Shown one piece after another: positions 14,076 to 50,554 of a stretch of 50,554 nt of DNA (positions within the stretch are counted from its first letter, which is position 1; every line of letters begins with the position of its first letter). The notes under the pieces were generated by a model. That model searched no databases, had not been told where the DNA came from, and saw nothing but the letters and a program-made list of their open reading frames with translations. The stretch is from Macrostomum lignano (taxonomy: Eukaryota). Both the position numbers and the translations under genes were made by a program. The DNA is taken from assembly GCA_002269645.1 (NCBI GenBank), contig NIVC01004323.1:1-50554 (forward strand), in the 5' to 3' direction.

Positions 14076-14604
14076 CGATAGATGGAGGATGAAAAAAATG
14101 ACGGTATTTGAACTCCCCTTCCAGCCATAGACAAGCGGCAATCTCATTCGTGGAAAGCAACAATGCATCTATGCAGTCAAAGTAAGTCTCTGAATTATAG
14201 ATAAGAAGAAGTCTTAAACGGCCTCTTCAGGTGGTAATTATCTCACACAGTTGTTAAAAATGCCAATGGTAAGTCTACAGCCAGCTACTGTTTAATACCT
14301 GCAAGCATTTAATTGTATGCCTACGGGTGAATGGTTTGACAGATGATGAAGTGTGCGGAAGCTGGGGCCCACAGGGACATGTCGCAGAACTGGATTAACA
14401 AGTAAAAAAAATTCAAAAAATGAAAATGAAACGTGTCAGACTTCTGTGCTTAAATGAGTAATAAAGCATGAAATAATGAGTGGAAGAAATTGCATTTTAA
14501 ACAATAGGGTTATGGTTTGGAGTTGGCGCTGACGGTAACAATATGGATTATGACTGATTGAAGTTGAGTAGAGTAAATAATAATAGAAAAACATCATGGA
14601 ATAG

Positions 14605-15207
14605 AAAATAGAAGAAAAGAATAGATTAGAATAGAATAGAATAGAATAGAATATAATAGAATAGAATAGAATAGAATAGAATAGAATAGAATAGAATAGA
14701 ATAGAATAGAATAGAATAGAATAGAATAGAATAGATTAGAATACAATAGAACAGAATAGAACAGAATAGAATAGAATAGAATAGAATAGAATAGAATAGA
14801 ATAGAACAGAATAGAACAGAATAGAATAGAATAGAATAGAATAGAACAGAATAGAATAGACTAGAATAGAATAGAATAGAATAGAATAGAATACAATAGA
14901 TTAGAATACAATAGAACAGAATAGAACAGAATAGAATAGAATAGAATAGAATAGAACAGAATAGAATAGACTAGAATAGAATAGAATAGAATAGAATAGA
15001 ATAGAATAGAATAGAATAGAATAGAATAGAATAGAATAGAATAGAATAGAATAGAATAGAATAGAATAGAATAGAATAGAATAGAATAGAATAGAACAGA
15101 ATGGAATAGAATAGAATAGAATAGAATAGAATAGAATAGAATAGAACAGAATAGAATAGAATAGAATAGAATAGAATAGAATAGAATAGAATAGAATAGA
15201 ATAGAAT
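14605..15207. repeat. (AATAG)n pentanucleotide array
   Basis: Direct reading. Confidence 0.97.
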
Positions 15208-15509
15208 AGCGCATCTTAAGCGATAGCATAAAAGATCTGCTATAGAGCAGCAGAGTACTTCCAGCGACCCAAGAATAGCAATCTGCTATTAACTGTGTAG
15301 TAGAAAGCAATCTAAACTGAAAAGCCATGAGAGCCTGTTGTTTGTCAAATTTGTCAAAACAATTTAATGCAAAGCAGTTCACAGAAACTATTCATGTAAA
15401 TCTAAGAAGGTATTCTGATTCATTTAGTGGCTTTTTTACATTTATTTACTGGATGCCGCAGAAACTTAGGGAATTTGATTTGGAAGAGACAAGAAACTTA
15501 CAAAGAATA

Positions 15510-15777
15510 TAGCACAAGACATGGGGGATAGAACACAAACAAGCATGGGGGATAGAACACAGACATGCATAGGGGATAGAACACAGACAGGCATGGGGGA
15601 TAGAACACAGACAGGCATGGGGGATAGAACACAGACAGGCATGGGGGATAGAACACAGACAGGCATGGGGGATAGAACACAGACAGGCATGGGGGATAGA
15701 ACACAGACAGGCATGGGGGATAGAACACAGACAGAAATGGGGGATAGAACACAGACAGGCATGGGGGATAGAACACG
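15510..15777. repeat. 24-bp minisatellite GACAGGCATGGGGGATAGAACACA
   Basis: About 11 units. Confidence 0.95.
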
Positions 15778-15929
15778 AAATCTAAACAAAAAGAAAACTA
15801 CAATAGAAATGCAGCCGAGTGTAAATTGTACCTCCATCGCAGGTTGGCCAATCAGCCGTGACATCATCCCAGGGCAGTACTCATCATCAGCCTCAGCAGC
15901 ATTCGGGTCCACATCAATTCCGATCATCA

Positions 15930-45754
<29,825 letters not shown>

Positions 45755-45769
45755 GTGAGAATGCATTGT

Positions 45770-46297
45770 ACTTGTCTGAGTAGGTTATGTACGTATCTGA
45801 GTTGGTTTATGTACTTGTCTGAGTAGGTTATGTACTTGTCTGAGTAGGTTATGTACTTGTCTGAGTAGGTTATGTACTTGTCTGAGTAGGTTATGTACTT
45901 GTCTGAGTAGGTTATGTACTTGTCTGGGTAGGTCATATACTTGTCTGAGTAGGTCAAGTACTTGTCTGAGTAGGTTATGTACTTGTCTGAGTAGGTCATG
46001 CACTTGTCTGAGTAGGTTATGTACTTGTCTGAGTAGGTTATGTACTTGTCTGAGTAGGTTATGTACTTGTCTGAGTAGGTTATGTACTTGTCTGAGTAGG
46101 TTATGTACTTGTCTGAGTAGGTCATGCACTTGTCTGAGTAGGTTATGTACTTGTCTGGGTAGGTCATATACTTGTCTGAGTAGGTCAAGTACTTGTCTGA
46201 GTAGGTTATGTACTTGTCTGAGTAGGTCATGCACTTGTCTGAGTAGGTTATGTACTTATCTGAGTAGGTTATGTACTTGTCTGAGTAGGTTATGTAC
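45770..46297. repeat. 21-bp minisatellite GTACTTGTCTGAGTAGGTTAT
   Basis: About 25 units, directly after the donor at 45755. Confidence 0.96.
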
Positions 46298-47044
46298 CAG
46301 ATTGTGTACCTATGGGACAGCAGATTAATTAGTTCACTAGTCCGAGAGCCGGCTCCATCTGGTGCTCACACCCGGGAGTTCGCGCCCCTCCCCATCCCCA
46401 GCTGAGCCCCAAGCCATCGATCAGTTAATCCGAAGTCTCTGGCAATCGCAATCAAAATCCTTTAACTTCCTTCAAGCCGCAGCTCTCGTAATCTCATTAT
46501 GCAAATTTGTGTCCGGGCGGGCTAATTTTCTTGCACAACTCATGTCTGGACTCGCTCGCCCTAGCAACGGCCCCAATACACGTCTCTCACCATTCCCATT
46601 GTAGCTTTCATATTTTTTGTCGGGAGAATCCCTTTCCCTACTTCTTCGGTGAGAGAGAGTTTCGTTTTAGGAGGGATTTCGCCAAGCAAAGCTGTCAAAC
46701 CTGAAGCCCCTTGGCCCCCACTGTGCTGATCGGTGCAAGCGTTGAGGATTTTTCTCTTATAAAGTGAATAATTAGCAATGTTCCCCTCCCCCACAGCAAT
46801 CTCTCAGAAGCCATCTCCATCTTCTCAATGTCGTTATTTATTCTCTAATTTTAGACTTCTGAGGTCCTCTGGCTTCAGATGTTTTTTCTGAGGATAACAT
46901 TCTAGGCTTCTCAATCTTTTTCTCCTCAGTCTGCGCCTGTTTCACTAGCATTAATGACTTTCTGTGGTGTACTGGAATTGAAGAATTTGCTATGGATATT
47001 TTGCTTGCTTAAGGAATCTGAATCACCTTTTACCTCTGTTCTGT

Positions 47045-48590
47045 TCTCTATCCCTGTCTCTATCCCTGTCTATATCCCTGTCTCTATCCCTGTCTCTATC
47101 TGTACTCTATCCCCGTCTCTATCCCTGTCTCTATCCCTGTCTCTATCCATGTCTCTATCCCTGTCTCTATCCCTGTCTCTATCTGTACTCTATCCCCGTC
47201 TCTATCCCTGTCTCTATCTGTACTCTATCCCTGTCTCTATCCCTGTCTCTATCCCTGTCTCTATCCCTGTCTCTATCCCTGTCTCTATCCATGTCTCTAT
47301 CCCTGTCTCTATCCATGTCTCTATCCCTGTCTCTATCCCTGTCTCTATCCCTGTCTCTATCCATGTCTCTATCCCTGTCTCTATCTGTACTCTATCCCCG
47401 TCTCTATCCCTGTCTCTATCTGTACTCTATCCCTGTCTCTATCGCTGTCTCTATCCCTGTCTCTATCCCTGTCTCTATCCCTGTCTCTATCCATGTCTCT
47501 ATCCCTGTCTCTATCCATGTCTCTATCCCTGTCTCTATCCCTGTCTCTATCTGTACTCTATCCCCGTCTCTATCCCTGTCTCTATCCCTGTCTCTATCCA
47601 TGTCTCTATCCCTGTCTCTATCCCTGTCTCTATCTGTACTCTATCCCCGTCTCTATCCCTGTCTCTATCTGTACTCTATCCCTGTCTCTATCGCTGTCTC
47701 TATCCCTGTCTCTATCCCTGTCTCTATCCCTGTCTCTATCCATGTCTCTATCCCTGTCTCTATCCATGTCTCTATCCCTGTCTCTATCCATGTCTCTATC
47801 CCTGTCTCTATCCATGTCTCTATCCCTGTCTCTATCTGTACTCTATCCCCGTCTCTATCCCTGTCTCTATCTGTACTCTATCCCTGTCTCTATCGCTGTC
47901 TCTATCCCTGTCTCTATCCCTGTCTCTATCCCTGTCTCTATCCATGTCTCTATCCCTGTCTCTATCCATGTCTCTATCCCTGTCTCTATCTGTACTCTAT
48001 CCCCGTCTCTATCCCTGTCTCTATCTGTACTCTATCCCTGTCTCTATCGCTGTCTCTATCCCTGTCTCTATCTGTACTCTATCCCCGTCTCTATCCTTGT
48101 CTCTATCCCTGTCTCTATCCCTGTCTCTATCCCTGTCTCTATCCCTGTCTCTATCCATGTCTCTATCCCTGTCTCTATCCATGTCTCTATCCCTGTCTCT
48201 ATCCATGTCTCTATCCCTGTCTCTATCCATGTCTCTATCCCTGTCTCTATCTGTACTCTATCCCTGTCTCTATCGCTGTCTCTATCCCTGTCTCTATCTG
48301 TACTCTATCCCCGTCTCTATCCCTGTCTCTATCTGTACTCTATCCCCGTCTCTATCCCTGTTTCTATCTGTACTCTATCCCTGTCTCTATCCATGTCTCT
48401 ATCCCTGTCTCTATCTGTACTCTATCCCCGTCTCTATCCCTGTCTCTATCTGTACTCTATCCCTGTCTCTATCGCTGTCTCTATCCCTGTCTCTATCGCT
48501 GTCTCTATCCCTGTCTCTATCCCTGTCTCTATCCATGTCTCTATCCCTGTCTCTATCCTTACCTCTATCTCTAAATCTATCTCTAATATA
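47045..48590. repeat. 12-bp satellite TCTCTATCCCTG with variant (TGTACTCTATCC) higher-order blocks
   Basis: Direct reading. Confidence 0.95.
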
Positions 48591-49314
48591 TTCCTTTTTC
48601 TATCTATCGCTCGTTCTGACTCTGTCTATCAGACATGTCTGCATATTAGCATCTGACTATTTTCTTGAGCAACATTGTTCAGGCCAGTACATGTAGCCAC
48701 ATACAGCATTTTATAAAAGAATTCCTTACCAGGAGTTTTAGTACTCTTCACTAAATCTTCCTTATGCAAATTTGACTTAAATCATAAATCAGTCTGCCAC
48801 CTGTCAGGTGAACCAATCAATTATTAGTTATAAGCACTGGTCCAGCAGAGCCTGTCTAGAGTCAGGTCAAATATTGCTAATACGAGCGTATATTAAAAAA
48901 ACAACTGAGGCTAAGTTTACAGATCAGCAACCAAATTTCATGCGTTGAACTGGAATCTGTAATGACTTTAACAGCTAGGCTGATGAAGCTGCTGAACAGG
49001 GGAAAAATCTATCCATGCATTCTTCCACGCACTAGTGTTTTCTGTCAAAAAACCCCCAGTTCTGTAACTCAGCTCTGCTCTGCCCCCTCTCCTCTCCTCT
49101 ATCCATCGTGTTGTTTTTGTTTCGAAGTGGGATAGTTGGTAGATTTACTTTTGCAAAAATATACCAAAAACAGAGTATTCTTTTTTTCGGTGCTCACGAT
49201 AGCTCTCGACAGGATTGCACAGCTAAACAAGTAGGTTTTGTATAGGCTCATAAATGTTGGCTTGGAACGAAAAATAAGTTGACATAAGTGGTATTTCATA
49301 ATTTTTGCGTACTG

Positions 49315-50168
49315 AAGGGAAGAGAGGGACGATGAGAGAGAGAGGAAGAGAGGGGAAGAAAGAGAGGGGAAGAGAGGGAGAGAGGGGAAGAGAGGAAGAG
49401 AGGGGAAGAGAGGGAGAGAGGGAAAGAGAAGGAGAGAGGGAAAGAGAAGGAGAGAGGGGAAGAGAGGGACAGAGGGGAAGAGAAGGAGAGAGGGGAAGAG
49501 AGGGACGATGAGAGAGGGAAGAGAGGGGAAGAAAGAGAGGGGAAGAGAGGAGAGAGGGAAAGAGAGGAGAGAGGGAAGAGAGGGAGAGAGGGGAAGAGAG
49601 GGAGTGAGGGTAAGAGAGGGAGAGAGGGTAAGAGAGAGAGAGGGGAAGAGAGAGAGAGAGAGGGTAAGAGAGAGAGAGGGGAAGAGAGGGAGAGAGGGGA
49701 AGAGAGGGAAGAGTCCTTTAACCGCAAAGAATTGACACGATAATGCAGATGTTAAGGCGAAGTGCCAAACAGATAGAGGGAGAGGGAGAGAGATGCAGAG
49801 AGGCAGAGAGGGAGAGAAAGAGGGAGAGATGGAGAGATAGCAGAAGATCCACCAGCATCTTGGCACACGCAATTGCTTACCTCTGAGTTCTGTTGCGTGC
49901 AGAAAGTGATAATTAACTTGAAATAGGAAAGCGCGCTCATCATCCCAACCCCCTCAACCTTTAACCTAGGCCATCTCTGCAGAGTAGTTGCTTTGTCGCA
50001 CTGACACTGGTGGCGTCAAATCAAATCAAGTAAAATAGCAACCTTCTGTTTCTCAAGTTAAATAAGACCTTTAGAGACAGAGAAAGAGTGAGAAGAGGGA
50101 CAGGGGAGAGAGGCAGAGTTAGAAGGATACGTGAATGGAGGAGAGAGGCAGAGTGAGAGAGAGAGAGC

Positions 50169-50201
<33 letters not shown>

Positions 50202-50210
50202 GAGAGAGAG

Positions 50211-50242
<32 letters not shown>

Positions 50243-50540
50243 GAGAGAGCGAGAGAGGAGAGAGAGAGAGCGGGGGGAGAGAGAGATAGAGAGAGAGAGA
50301 CGAGGGGCAAGTGAGAGAGGAGAGCTGGGAGAGAGGAAGAGGAAGAAAGGGAGAAGGGAAGAGAGGGAGAGAGGGAGAGAATAGATGGAGAGGAGAAGAA
50401 GAGATAGAGAGGGAGAGAAGGAGAGGGAGAGAGAAAAGGAAAGAGGGAGAAGAAGAGAGGGAGAGCGAGTGGAGTGGAAGAGAGGGAGGGGAAGAGGAGG
50501 GGAGAGGGAGAGAAGGAGAGGGAGAGAGAGAATAGATGGA
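49315..50540. repeat. GA-rich polypurine tracts (49315-49715, 49775-49845, 50085-50540)
   Basis: Direct reading. Confidence 0.9.
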
Positions 50541-50554
50541 AGGTTGAAGACTTC

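Noticed and set aside
48975-49135. Possible next exon of the EGF/TNFR gene after tttaacAG
   Set aside because: No convincing donor or recognisable sequence; insufficient support.

Overview
This is eukaryotic (metazoan) genomic DNA: GC-rich exons sit among AT-rich introns packed with mini- and microsatellites. The style resembles the flatworm Macrostomum, but that is an inference. Three genes can be assembled from splice sites and reading phase. (1) The 3' end of HELQ (+; exons <1-204, 3762-4149, 5012-5292, 6157-6457). (2) A SUN-domain LINC-complex gene nested antisense inside the 3.56-kb HELQ intron, apparently with a GC-AG intron. (3) A gene spanning >30 kb (+, from 15930, no stop found) for a secreted or extracellular protein: signal peptide, EGF, cbEGF, two TNFR-like Cys repeats and a long unassigned region. 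Orphan exons lie at 9.6-11.3 kb. Nearly all long ORFs in the ORF track are repeat artefacts. The most striking non-coding pattern is that almost every intron carries its own minisatellite starting within about 100 nt of a splice site. Many of these units are built around recognisable transcription-factor motifs (RFX X-box, forkhead, STAT/BCL6, kB plus AP-1, TAATCC, TEAD), and at least three unit cores recur at distant sites. Family assignments are from remembered sequences, copy numbers are counted by eye, and no searches were run.
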